64,000 nucleotides of DNA, from assembly GCF_963921235.1 (NCBI RefSeq), contig NC_086108.1, positions 57,972,001 through 58,036,000 on the forward strand. The letters are read 5' to 3'. The notes beneath the pieces are model-generated. The model was not told the DNA's origin and searched no databases. It saw only the letters and a program-made list of their open reading frames with translations. A program made the translations under genes and the position numbers. The stretch is from Mobula hypostoma (Eukaryota). Shown in pieces: positions 25,692-37,826 of this stretch (position 1 is its first letter; each line of letters starts with the position of its first letter).

Positions 25692-27130
25692 AGACCATAT
25701 GATTTAGGAGCACAATTAGGCCATTTGTCCCATCAAGTCCGTTCCGCCATTCATCATGGCTGATCCATTATTCCTCTCAGCCCCAATCTCCTGCTTTCTC
25801 CCTGTATCCCTTCATGCCCTGACTAATCAAGAATTTCTCAACCTCTACCTTAAGTATACGGACAGACTTGGACTCCACAGCTGCCTGTGACAACGAATTC
25901 CACAGATTGAACACTCTCTGGCTAAAGAAATTCTTCCTCATCTCCATTCTAAAAGGATGCTCCTCTATTCTGAGGATGACCCCTCTGGTCTTAGACACTC
26001 TTACCATCGGGAACTTCCTCTCCACATCCACTCTATCGAGGCCTTTCACTATTTGATAGATTTCAATGAAGTCACCCCTCGTTCTTCTGAATTCCAGTGA
26101 ATACAGTCCAGAGCCACCAAATGCTGTTTATATGACAAGCTGCTCAAGCCTGGAATAATTTTTGTGAACCTCCTTTGAAGCCTCTCCAGTTTCAGCACAT
26201 CCTTTCGAAGATAACGGGCCCAAAACTGCTCACAATACTCCAAGTGAGGCCTCACCAGTGCTTTATAAAGTCTCAACATTACATCTTTGCTTTTATATTC
26301 TAGTCCTCTTGAAATGAATACTAACATCATTGCTAACCTTCCACACCACAGACTCAACCTATGAATCAATTTTTATGGAATCCTACACAAAGACTCCCAA
26401 GTCCCTTTGTGCCTCAGCTTTATTCTTGTATTTTCTCTCCATTTAGAAAATAGTCAATCCTTTCATTTCTTCTACCAAAGTGCATGACTGTACACTTCCC
26501 GACATTGTATTCCATCTATCACTTATTTGCCTATCCTCCTAATCTGTTTAAGTCCTTCTGTAGCCTATCTACTTCCTCCAAGCAACTTACCCCTCCATCT
26601 ATCTTCATATTGTCCGCAATTTTACAACAAGCCATCAATTCCATCATCCAAATCATTAACATACTACATAAAAAGAATTGGTCCCAATACAGAGCCATGT
26701 AGAATATCACTAGTCACTGGCAGCCAACCAGAAAAGGCTCGCTTTATTACCACTCTTTGCCTCCTGCCCGTCAGCCACTGCTTTTTCCATTGCAGAATCT
26801 TCCCTGTAGTACCATGGGCTCATAGCTTGTTTAAGCAGCCTCATTTGTGGCTCCTCATCAACGGCCTTCTGAAAATCCAAGTACACAACATCAAGCGATT
26901 CTCCTTTGTCTATCCTGCTGTTATTTCTTCAAAGAATTCCAACAAATTTGTCAGGCAAGATTTTCCCTTGAGGAAACAATGCTGACCACAGCCTATTTTA
27001 TCATGTGCCTTCAAGTACCTTGAAACCACATCCTTAACAATTGACTCCAACATCTTCCCAATCACTGAGGTCAGACTAACTGACCTATAATTTCCTTTCT
27101 TCTGACTCTCCCCCTTCTTAAGAGTGGAGT
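25692..27130 (-). mobile_element. CR1 LINE 3' half
   Basis: Peptides LYKALVRPHLEYCEQFW and KNFFSQRVFNLWNSL; continuous RT-region homology. Confidence 0.88.
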
Positions 27131-27645
27131 GATGCTAGAGAGGGGATTAGACATGGGGGAATCCTGGGGTTTACTTATTCTACTGGCTGAACTTGCTGTG
27201 ACTATCTCCCTGAAACTTTTACCTCTAACACTTTCTGCCTCTTGTATGCTCCTCAGTGAGTCTAGCTGCTGCTCCAACTTGATTCACACAGTTTTAGAGG
27301 AGCGGCTGATGGAAACTCCCCTATAAATGTAGTTGTCAAAGACACGACTTCCCCCTACTCTCCTACAGTTCACAGGAAGGTCATACTGGTCCACTAAGTA
27401 CCATTTCAGCCTCATTCCTACCTACATCTCTACTGGATGGGCTACCACTTTTGCACTTAGGTAGGACTTCTGACAAAACTTGCTTAACCTTTTGTCATTC
27501 AAACCACAGATCAAAGTAGAAGTTGGGACCTTTGTTTTAAGTGTTTAAATTAATTTCAATTTCATAGAAATTTCGAAGTTTATGTGGAACTATCAAGCTT
27601 ATGTGGAATGACCCTGAAACATTTTGTCCAAGGCAATTGCTAATT

Positions 27646-28257
27646 TAGATTAGATTAGATTATGAGGACACTCAGTCCTTATTAATTGTCATTTAGAAAT
27701 GCATGCATTAAAAAAATGATACAATGTTCCTCCAGAAAGATATCACAGAAACACAGGACAAACTAAGACTAAAACTGACAAAACCACATAATTATAACAT
27801 ATAGTTACAACAGTGCAAAGCAATACCGTAATTTGATAAAGAGCAGACAGTAGAAGGGAGAAACTCTCCCTGCCATGAGCCCCCAAGCACCGCAAACTTG
27901 CCGATACATTGGAAGCACCCGACTGCAGCGGACTCTGAGTCCGTCCGAAAACCTCGAGCCTCCGACCAGCCCTCCGACACCGTGCACCATCCTCTACCGA
28001 GCGCTTCAACCCCGCCCCGGCCGCCGAGCAACAAGCAAAGCCGAGGACTCGGGGCCTTCCCCTCTGGAGATTCTGGATCACACAGTAGCAGCAGCAGTGA
28101 AGCAGGCATTTCAGAAGTTTCACCAGATGTTCCTCCATGCTCTCATGTCTGTCTCCATCAAATCAGGATTGTGCACGGCACCCTACTTGACAGATAACAG
28201 ATATCATTCACCAGAGTGGCCGCTGCACGCTGCGTTGCACTGACATCTTCTCCTCCT
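27646..28257 (-). mobile_element. Non-autonomous retroposon with GC-rich head and (AATCT)n tail
   Basis: (ttaga)4 tail on + strand and a CpG-rich body. Minus-strand start ggaggagaagatg..gcagcgtgcagcggcc. No coding capacity. Confidence 0.55.
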
Positions 28258-28390
28258 GCTGTAGTTTTTGCAGAAAATTAAAAAATATGGAAATACTCAA
28301 ATGAAGTGGCAACTGTGGACAAAGTTGGTTCACATTTCAGGTCAATGAATTATATCAGAACTCTTAAAAAATTGGGAAGTATTAAGAAGT

Positions 28391-28680
28391 GTGTGGCACA
28401 TGGCCAAGTGGTTAGGGCGTTGGGCTCACGATCTGAAGGTCGTCGGTTTGAGTCTCGGCCAAGACAGCATGTTGTGTCTTTGAGCAAGGCACTTAACCAC
28501 ACACTGTTCCAGTCCACCCAGTTGAAAATGGGTACCGGCAAATGCTGGGGGTTAACCTCGCGATAGACTGGCGTCCTATCTGGGGGGTAGTCTCGTACTC
28601 TCAGTCGCTTCACGCCACAGAAACGGGCATAAGCACCAGCCTGATGGGCCTCAAGGTTCGGGACAGACTTTTACTTTGAT
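28391..28680 (+). mobile_element. tRNA-derived SINE, full length
   Basis: A box tggccaagtgg, B box ggtttgagtct, core ttgagcaaggcacttaac. 12-bp TSD gtattaagaagt (28379-28390, 28681-28692). Confidence 0.85.
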
Positions 28681-31600
28681 GTATTAAGAAGTACCGAGTT
28701 ATGAAAAGATTATAAAGGAAAATGGAATGAAGTACCTTATGATCTGCTTTTATGAAGCTATTCATATGCATCTGAGTATATTGAGAAGTCATTTTCTATT
28801 CTGCGAGAGTGCCGACTTACCATAGGGATTGAAACATCAAGTCCAAGTAGCTCTACTGATCTTCTGGGAGAAAATCAGTGACTGCTGTGAAAGTGCAGCT
28901 GGCGACAAGGGAAAGACCGTATGACAGCTGGAGAGACAGCTGACAGGAGGAAATAGACCCCAACGGGGCTGTTATGGGCTAGCTACCCATAACAGCAGGC
29001 TCCATCACCTTGTCAGGAGAGCAGAAGAACTACCCTCACCTGGCTACGGAAAGCTTAAAAAGAAGTATACCCTCAGAGTCTGCAAGAGCGGGGGCGCAAG
29101 AAGACTCTCTGACTGACCTTCCGGTAACAAACTTTGGCATGGACACGACAATGAATCAAGAAAGTGGCAATACTCTTGAGAAACCAGCAAATGGACTTGT
29201 TCTTCAGACCTGTAGGTGTGGCTGGACTAAAGTGACATCAACTCATGGTCTAAAAAGTCATCAAGGACAGAAGAAATGCTTGGAAATCTCCAACCCAGGG
29301 CCCCGCATTGACCAGATTCTGTTAAGAGGAAGGTCAAATCAGTCGAATGAAACTCAGCGGCAGGAAGAAACCCACAGTCCACAGAGTATCAGCACCCTAC
29401 GGGATGTGGGAGAGGTTTCAGGCACAAGCAGCAGTCCAAGGCACAGCCAGGCACATCGTAAAGTGGAGAACATGCAAGGACGTAAGCTGTTGGTGAAATG
29501 GCCAAAGTCTAACAGCAAGGAGTGGGAAACCATCAATGCAGATGTGAGCCTGATCTTAAGTGGCATCAAGGGATCAGCAGAAAAGAAGTTGGAGAGGATG
29601 GGTGACCTGATCTACAGCTACAGAAAGGAGAAATTTGGAGTGAAGGAGCAAGTCAGCAGGAAAGATATGCCTCCTCCCCCCAAATCCCGTCGTCTCCAGG
29701 AAATCCAACGACTTGCTAAAGAAAGAAGAGGCCTGAGCAAGTTGTGGAAAAAAGCAACAGCAGAAGAAAGGGAGGGTATCAACCTCCTTCAAGAGGACCT
29801 AAAGCAGAGGCTCTCGAAGCTGCGCAGAGCAGAGAATTTAAGGAAACGATGCAAAAAGAAGGAAAAAGCAAGAACAAACTTCTACAAAGATCCCTTTAAA
29901 TATGTGAAAGGCATTTTCACAAAAGAGAAAAGCGGATACTTGAAAATATCAAAATAGGAGGTTGAAAGACATCTCAGAATCATCCACATTGATAAACAAA
30001 AAGATGAACCGATACTTGTCCCAGCTGACATCCCACCAATCTCACACCCACAACATCAATTTAACATCAGCCCTCCCAAGCTGAGTGAGGTGAAAGAGGC
30101 AGTGAAGAAGGCAAGATTGGCATCAAGACCAGGCCCTAACGGTGTTCCTTATTGTGTCTACAAGAACACCCCAGATGTTCTGAAATTCATTTGGAAAAAC
30201 ATGAGGGTTGTGTGGGAAAAGCAAATTATCACCAAAGCCTGGAGAAGAGCGTGGGGAGTTCTGATCCCAAAAGAAAAGAATTCATCCACCATCGAGCAAT
30301 TTCGCCAAATAAACCTTCTGAACATAGAGGGCAAGATCTTTTTCAGCATGTTGGTGCAAAGACTTACAAAGTATCTGAAACAAAACCATTTCATTGATAC
30401 GTCAATCCAAAAGGCTGCCATAGCAGGCTTCTCGGGATGCCTTGAACATACCAGCGTCATATGGTATCAAATCCAGATGGCTAAGAAAGAAAGAAAGGAT
30501 CTGCATGTCTTGTTCCTCGACCTGGCCAACGCCTATGGATCAGTTCCTCATTCCCTACTGTGGACTGCTTTTGAATTCTTTCAGGTGCCTGCAACAACAA
30601 CAAATCTGGTAAAACACTACTTCCAGGATCTGCAAGTTTGTCTCACAACATCAGACTTCACCACAGCGTGGCAACCACTGGAAGTAGGCATCATGGCGGG
30701 GTGCACCATCTCCCCATTGGCCTTTACTATGGCAATGGAGCTCATTATCAGAGCCTCAAAATGGGTTGTGGGAGGAAAAAGGCTACAGTTTGGTCAACGG
30801 TTACCACCCATATGACCCTATATGGACGATATAACAATACTGACGATAACTGTCCCCTGCACCAAGAGACTTCTGGAAAAGCTTCATCAAAACACCACAT
30901 GGGCGAGGATGAAGATCAAGTCCAGCAAGTGCAGAACCATCTCCATTGTCAAAGGTCAAGTCACGGATAAAAGATTTCAGATTGACGGGACACCTGTCCC
31001 AACTGCTTCAGAAATGCCAGTGAAGAGCTTGGGCCAATGGTATGATGCTAAGCTCAAGGACACTGAGCAGTTTAAAAAAGGATACCATCATGTACACAGC
31101 TCGCATCAACAAGACCTTACTGCCAGGAAAACTCCAGCTGTGGTGCTTCCAGTTCGGCATACTCCAAGACTCATGCAGCCTTTAACAGTGTATGAAATCC
31201 CCATCAGCAAGGTTGAAAAGCTCGAAAGAGTGATCAGCACACATGAAACAGTGGCTTGGACTTCCACAAAGCTTAAGTTACGGGAACGGCAAATTGGAAT
31301 TACCAATTGCAGGTCTTGTGGAAGAATTCAAATGCACCAAAGCAAGGTTGGTCATGACCCTCACTGAATCTGAAGATACTGTTATTCGTACAGTGCCCCC
31401 CCCGCCCCCGTGTGGCAACGGGGAGAAAGTGAACCCCATCTGAAGCTGTTCAGAGTGCTAAGTCTGTTCTTCACTTCAGGGATGTGGTTGGCCAAGTCCA
31501 ACATGGGAGAGCCGGGCTTGGGCTCGTCCCAAAAGCTCCTCAGTGGCACAAGGCAACATCAGTGCAGAAGAGACGGCTCGTGGTGGAGGAGTTGAGAAGA

Positions 31601-32154
31601 CAGGAGGAGGCAGAGCGAAACGCCAGGGCCGTCTCAATGGCCAAGCAGGGCCAATGGACTAATTGGGAGAGCCTGGAAAAGAGGAAACTTAGCTGGCGTG
31701 ACATCTGGGAGATGGAAGGATCTCGGCGAAGTTTTGTTATCAGAGCCACTTATGACCTCCTACCCACACCCCAGAACCTGAATCAGTGGTGGGGAGAAGA
31801 CCCCGCTTGCTTTCTTTGTCAAGCACCTGCATCACGAAGGCACATTTTAACAGAATGCACCACAAGCCTCACCCAGGGGCTGTACACTTGGCGGCATAAG
31901 CAAGTTCTCAGACAACTGGCATCAGTCTTGGAACAGAGGTGAATCACCACAAATGCTCTCCCACAAACATCGGCAGGAAATGTCCACATTACACAATCTG
32001 TACCAGCAGGCCAACCTCCAGAGCACCATATGACATCAAAAGATGTAAGCATTCTGCAGACAACAGGAATTCTGCAGATGCTGGAAATTCAAGCAACACA
32101 CATAAAAGTTGCTGGTGAACGCAGCAGGCCAGGCAGCATCTCTAGGAAGAGGTG

Positions 32155-32192
32155 CAGTCGACGTTTCAGGCCGAGACCCTTCGTCAGGACTA
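32155..32192 (-). ncRNA. Minimal type I hammerhead ribozyme (PLE), mirror copy
   Basis: Exact reverse complement of 33547-33584. Confidence 0.85.
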
Positions 32193-33546
32193 ACTGAAGG
32201 AAGAGTGAGTAAGGGATTTGAAAGTTGGAGGGGGAGGGGGAGATCCAAAATGATAGGAGAAGACAGGAGGGGGAGGGATGGAGCCAAGAGCTGGACAGGT
32301 GATAGGCAAAAGGGATACGAGAGGATCATGGGACAGGAGGTCTGGGAAGAAAGACAAGGAGGGGGGAAGACCCAGAGGATGGGCAAAGGGTATATTCAGA
32401 GGGACAGAGGGAGAAAAAGGAGAGTGAGAGAAAGAATGTGTGTATAAAAATAAGTAACAGATGGGGTCTGAGGGGGAGGTGGGGCATTAGCGGAAGTTAG
32501 AGAAGTCGATGTTCATGCCATCAGGTTGGAGGCTACCCAGACGGAATATAAGGTATTGTTCCTCCAACCTGAGTGTGGCTTCATCTTTACAGTAGAGGAG
32601 GCCGTGGATAGACATGTCAGAATGGGAATGGGATGTGGAATTAAAATGTGTGGCCACTAAGAGATCTTGCTTTCTCTGGCGGACAGAGCGTAGGTGTTCA
32701 GCAAAGCGGTCTCCCAGTCTGAGTCGGGTCTCGCCAATATATAAAAGGCCACATCGGGAGCACCGGACGCAGTATATCACCCCAGCCGACTCACAGGTGA
32801 AGTGTTGCCTCACCTGGAAGGGCTGTTTGGGGCCCTGAATGGTGGTAAGAGAGGAAGTGTAAGGGCATGTGTAACACTTGTTCCGCTTACACGGATAACC
32901 ATTCAGGGCCCCAAACAGTCCTTCCAGGTGAGGCAACACTTCACCTGTGAGTCGGCTGGGGTGATATACTGCGTCCGGTGCTCCCGATGTGGCCTTTTAT
33001 ATATTGGCGAGACCCGACGCAGACTGGGAGACCGCTTTGCTGAACATCTACGCTCTGTCCGCCAGAGAAAGCAGGATCTCCCAGTGGCCACACATTTTAA
33101 TTCCACATCCCATTCCCATTCTGACATGTCTATCCACGGCCTCCTCTACTGTAAAGATGAAGCCACACTCAGGTTGGAGGAACAACACCTTATATTCCGT
33201 CTGGGTAGCCTCCAACCTGATGGCATGAACATCGACTTCTCTAACTTCCGCTAATGCCCCACCTCCCCCTCAGACCCCAACTGTTACTTATTTTTATACA
33301 CACATTCTTTCTCTCACTCTCCTTTTTCTCCCTCTGTCCCTCTGAATACACCCCTTGCCCATCCTCTGGGTCCCCCCCCCCCCGTCTTTCTTCCCGGACC
33401 TCCTGTCCCATGATCCTCTCGTATCCCTTTTGCCTATTACCTGTCCAGCTCTTGGCTCTATCCCTCCCCCTCCTGTCTTCTCCTATCATTTTGGATCTCC
33501 CCCTCCCCCTCCAACTTTCAAATCCCTTACTCACTCTTCCTTCAGT

Positions 33547-33584
33547 TAGTCCTGACGAAGGGTCTCGGCCTGAAACGTCGACTG
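33547..33584 (+). ncRNA. Minimal type I hammerhead ribozyme (PLE)
   Basis: Stem I tagtc/gactg, core CUGACGA, stem II (a)ggg-tctcgg-cct, GAAAC-GUC with a palindromic ACGU in place of stem III. Predicted cut after C33579. Confidence 0.85.
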
Positions 33585-34439
33585 CACCTCTTCCTAGAGA
33601 TGCTGCCTGGCCTGCTGCGTTCACCAGCAACTTTTATGTGTGTTGCAAGCATTCTGCAGGTTGCTTGGGATTGAAAAATGGACGTAGACTTGGGAAAAAA
33701 AGCTTGTGTTTCCTCCAGACATTGCGGCTACAACATTCCGGCCAGACATAGTCCAAGCTGGCATATGTTGAGGAATTGACAGTACCATGGGAAGATAGTA
33801 TCAAAGAAGCTTATGAGAGGAAAAAGACCAAGTAATCTGAACTGGCAACTGAAGCTGCCCAGAATGGCTGGAAGACCAAGATTTTCCCTGTAGAAGTGGG
33901 ATGCAGGGGATTCGTTGCTACATCTACAACCAGTTTATTGAAGAAGATGGGGGTGAGGGGTCACTCCCTCCAACAAGCAATCAAGTCCTTGTCAAATGCA
34001 GCAGAAGAAAACAGCAATTGGATTTGGATTAAAAGGAAAGACAACAATTGGGCTGCAAGATGAAGACAGGAGGGTATGGAACTGAGGGGGGTGTATCTGG
34101 GACGCCAGGTAGCACCGTTGAGCCCTTTGGAGACGTCGTGGGCTTATCAACGGAACATCAAAGAAGGAGGGTGCCCACCTGATGACCCCGATGACGTACC
34201 TACCCTCCCTCCTTGTCACCACTCCAAGCCCACTGCCAAAATCGAGAGTGCCGACTTACCATAGGGATTGAAACATCAAGTCCTAGTAGTTCTACTGCTC
34301 TACTATTTCATTGCCAGGTGTTGTATTCTATTGAAATGCCAGATGAATTTTACTGGTACTTAAAGCAAAGACTCTTCTCATTAAATTAAGCGTTGTTGCT
34401 TCAGTGTTACTTCAGTATTCCAATTCACAGTAGGTGGCA

Positions 34440-35185
34440 AATTTCAAAAGGTACATTTAATGTCAGAGAAACTCATACAATATACGTCCTGAAATTCCTT
34501 TTTCTTTGCAAACATCCACGAAAACAGAGGAGTGACCCAAAGAATGAATGATGGTTAAATGTTAGAACCCCAAAACACCCCCCAGCTCCCTCCTCCCACT
34601 CACAAGCAGCAGCAAGGCAATAAACCCCCTCCCCCACCAGCAAAAAGCACCAGCACCCTCCACCGAGCACTCAAGTGTGCAGTGAAGCATCAATAAAGAC
34701 ACAGACTTGCAGTACCCCAAAGACTACTCATTCGCCCGGTATTCAACATACAGGCTGTCTCTCTCCCTAACAAGTGAAAAAGGAATGTCCCCATTTCACA
34801 GCGAGAAAACAAACAACTCGCTGATTTACGATGTTAACAGTCTGCTGCCTCGCCTTTTCTAAGCTCTGCACTCAGAGAGTTGGGCCCAGAAAGGCTCAGC
34901 TCTCCAGACACACAACCCAGGGCAGCTAACCTGCTGCTCCCGGTGTCCCACGTTCTCCCGCGACGCTTCAGTCAGGGGCACCGGCCTCGAATCAGCAGGT
35001 CTCCAGAGCCACGAAAATCTGGAACCCTGAAGGTGTGCTAGTTTTCCAGGCCGCTTTGGGATATCAAAAAGTGGCTAGTCATAATGCCCTGAGAGCGGGT
35101 CTCATTCCCACAAAGAGCCAAAGTCAGAGTGTAACTCCAGGTCAGGGTCTTCAAAAGAACCTTGAAAATGTAAAAAAGAGATATC
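34440..35185 (-). mobile_element. Non-autonomous retroposon (Rex-associated type)
   Basis: Antisense tail ttcaaaaggtacatttaatgtcagag on + strand; GC-rich body; no ORF. Confidence 0.45.
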
Positions 35186-35314
35186 AATATCAAGTGAACT
35201 TCACCTGAAGTTAAGGATTATGCGTTCCTCTGAGTGGAACAAATATGGATTGTAATAAGAGCCAATCTACAATTTTTTTAACTTTGTAAGCTCCCGTCAT
35301 TCAGTAATATTTAA

Positions 35315-35520
35315 CTATGCTCCCCCCTCCCTCCACCTATCACCTGCCAGTTTTTGCTTCACATCTTCCCTCCTCCTTTTTAGACTGGTTTTCGTCACTC
35401 CAGATGAAGGGTCTTGATCAATTATCCATTTCTCTGCATAGATGCTGCCTGAACCACTGGGTTCTGTCAGCATTTTGTGTATTGCTCTAGATTCCGGCAT
35501 CTGCAGTCCCTTGTGTCTCC
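35315..35520 (+). mobile_element. Degenerate PLE 3' end
   Basis: cagatgaagggtcttga (decayed HHR), catagatgctgcctga and tail ccggcatctgcagt. Confidence 0.65.
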
Positions 35521-36050
35521 CAGCTGTCAAGTTTGCCGACCTGGTAACTGTGACTTAATCTATTATTCATTAGTCGTGAGTCATTGGGACATACTGGGGT
35601 CAGAAGTGCTTTATGAATTGTATTCTTTACATATTTATGATACAAGGATCTTCCTTGCTCATTTTTAACTGACCTTGGATAGCAGGTCATCGTTTCGCTG
35701 CGGCTTGATTTTAGAGCAGTGGCAATTAGTGATCAGAAGCATGAGAAGACATAGCTGACTCAGACTTGCTGATTGAGTACATAAGACCAAAAGATAAAGG
35801 AGCAGAATTAGGCCATTTGGCCCATCGAGTCTGCTCTGCCATTTCATCTGGCAGATCCATTTCCCTCTCAGCCGCAATCTCCTGCCTTCATCTTGTATCC
35901 CTTCATGCCCTGACCAATCAAGAATGTATCAACCTCTGCGTTGAATATACCCAATGACTTGGCCTCCGCAGCCTCCTGTGGCAAAATTCCACAGATTCAC
36001 CACTTTCTGGCTAAAGAAATTCCTCCTCATCTTTGTTCTAAATGGACATC

Positions 36051-37826
36051 CACCTACATCCGGGATACATCCCATGCCCTCCACCTCTTCAATAACTTCC
36101 AGTTCCCCGGTCCCAATCGCTTCATTTTCACCATGTATGTCCAATCCCTATACACCTCCATTCCCTATCAAGAAGGCCTCAAAGCGCTCCGCTACTTTCT
36201 GGATAATAGACCTCACCAGCTCCCCACCACCACTACCCTCCTCCGGTTGGCGGAACTGGTTCTCACACTCAATAACTTCTCTTTTGGCTCTTCCCACTTT
36301 CTTCAGACTAAGGGTGTAGCTATGGGAACTCACGTGGGCCCTAGCTATGCCTGCCTCTTCGTTGGTTATGTGGAACAGTCTGTGCTCCAAACCTATTCTG
36401 GTACTGCTTCCCAACTTTTCCTTCGGTACGTTGACGACTACATTGGTGCTGCTTCCTGCACCCATGCTGAGCTCGTCATTTTCATTGACTTTTCTTCTAA
36501 CTTCCACCCAGCCCTCAAATTCACTTGGTCTATCTCAGACACTTCTCTCCCCTTTCTCGATCTCTCGGTCTCCATCTCTGGAGACAGACTGCCCACTGAC
36601 ATCTTCTACAAGCCCACTGACTCTCATAACTACCTCGACTATACCTCTTCCCACCCCACCACATACAAAAATGCCATTCCCTATTCCCAGTTCCTCTGCA
36701 TCCTCTGCTCCGAGGATGAGGTTTTCCGTTCCAGGACATCTCAAATGTCCTCTTTCTTTAAGGATCATGGTCTCCTTTCTGCTGTCATTAATGATGCCCT
36801 CACCTGCATCTCCTCCATTTCCCACACTTCGGCCCTCACCTCATCCTCCCACCACCACAACAGGGACAGAGTTCCCCTTGTCCTCACCTACCACCCCACC
36901 AGCCTCCGGATCCAGCACATTATCCTCCACAACTTCCGCCACCTTCAACAGGACCCCACCACAAAGCACATCTTTCCCTCTCCACCCTTCTTTGCTTTCC
37001 ACAGGGATCAGTCCCTCCACGACTTCCTGATCTACACGTCCCTCCCCATGGATCTCCCACCCGGCACTTATCCCTGTAAGCGCAAGTGCTACACCTCCTC
37101 TCTTGCCACCATTCAGGGCCCCAACCAGTCCTTCCAAGTGAGGCAACACTTCACTTGTGAGTCTGTTGGGGTCATCTATTGCATCCGGTGCTCCCGGTGC
37201 GGCCTCCTCTACATCAGTGAAACCCGACGCAGATTGGGGGACTGCTTCGTCGAGCACCTCCGCTCTGTCTGCCACAACAGACAGGATCTCCCAGTAGCCA
37301 CCCACTTCAACTCTGCTTCCCACTCCCATTCAAATATGTCCATACATGGCCTCCTCTACTGCCATGATGAGGCTAAACTCAGGTTGGAGGAGCAACACCT
37401 CATATACCGTCTAGGTAGTCTCCAGCCCCTTGGTATGAACATAGAGTTCTCCAACTTCCGGTAATTCCCTCCCCCTCCCTTCCTCTATCCCCATGTCACT
37501 CTGCCACCCCCCCCCCAGCTGCCTATCACCTCCCTCATTGTTCCGCCTCCTTCTACTACCCATTGTGTTTTCCCCTATTCCTTCTTCACCTTTCCTGCCT
37601 ATCACCTCCCTGTTTCCCCTCCCCCACCCCTTTATCTTTCCCCTCACTGGTTTTTCACCTGGAACCTACCAGCCTTCTCCCTCCCACCCTCCCCCCATCT
37701 TCTTTATAGGGCCTCTGCCCCTTCCCTCTACAGTCCTGTTGAAGGGTTCCGGCCCGAAACGTTGATTGATCCTTTCCACGGATGCTGCCTGACCTGCTGA
37801 GTTCCTCCGGCGTGTTGTGAATGTTG
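36051..37826 (+). mobile_element. Neptune-type Penelope-like element, 5'-truncated (RT + GIY-YIG + HHR)
   Basis: Open frame to 37464: YVQSLYTSIP (motif-A Asp replaced by Tyr), GVAMGT, LRYVDD, LPFLD, YKPTDSHNYL, YPCKRKCY linker, GIY-YIG. HHR with mutated core (ctgttga) at 37731-37768. The ORF-track start at 35941 is borrowed from antisense CR1. Confidence 0.92.

Larger units (their letters stand above)
32060..33646. mobile_element. Neptune-type PLE fold-back (palindromic) insertion inside the Hero-like element
   Basis: 32093-32843 is the reverse complement of 32898-33646. 13-bp TSD aagcattctgcag (32047-32059, 33647-33659); removing the insert restores the Hero frame DVSILQVAWD. Each arm encodes GIY-YIG (VIYCVRCSRCGLLYIGET..GMNIDF). 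Confidence 0.95.
28804..34297 (+). mobile_element. Hero-like non-LTR retrotransposon (R2 group, restriction-like endonuclease); near full length, pseudogenised, split by a PLE
   Basis: Single broken ORF ~29010-34063. It has an N-terminal Zn motif CRCGW..H..C and an RT (GPNGVP, FRQINLLN, DLANAYGSVPH, GIMAGCTISP, YMDD). It also has the CCHC knuckle CFLC..HILTEC, YTWRH, and an RLE (RPDIV..ELTVPWE..AYERKK, PVEVGCRGF). Confidence 0.88.

Noticed and set aside
28391..28465. tRNA gene
   Set aside because: It is the tRNA-derived head of a TSD-flanked SINE, with no proper acceptor stem.
28615..28660. gaaac...ctgatg in the SINE tail as a permuted hammerhead
   Set aside because: No NUH site or stem I, and the core reads ctgatgg.
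32487..33254. Mirror-image 150-aa ORFs as a standalone nuclease gene
   Set aside because: They start at non-ATG codons in the opposite arm and are a geometric result of the fold-back. There is no evidence of expression.
34140..34280. Hammerhead in the Hero 3' UTR (ctgatga at 34179, gaaac at 34270)
   Set aside because: I cannot build stems I-III around the core, and tgatga pairs better with ttatca in a hairpin.
35941..37464. 507-aa ORF as an active PLE or host gene
   Set aside because: The N-terminus is antisense CR1, the RT is 5'-truncated, the motif-A Asp is replaced and the HHR core is mutated.
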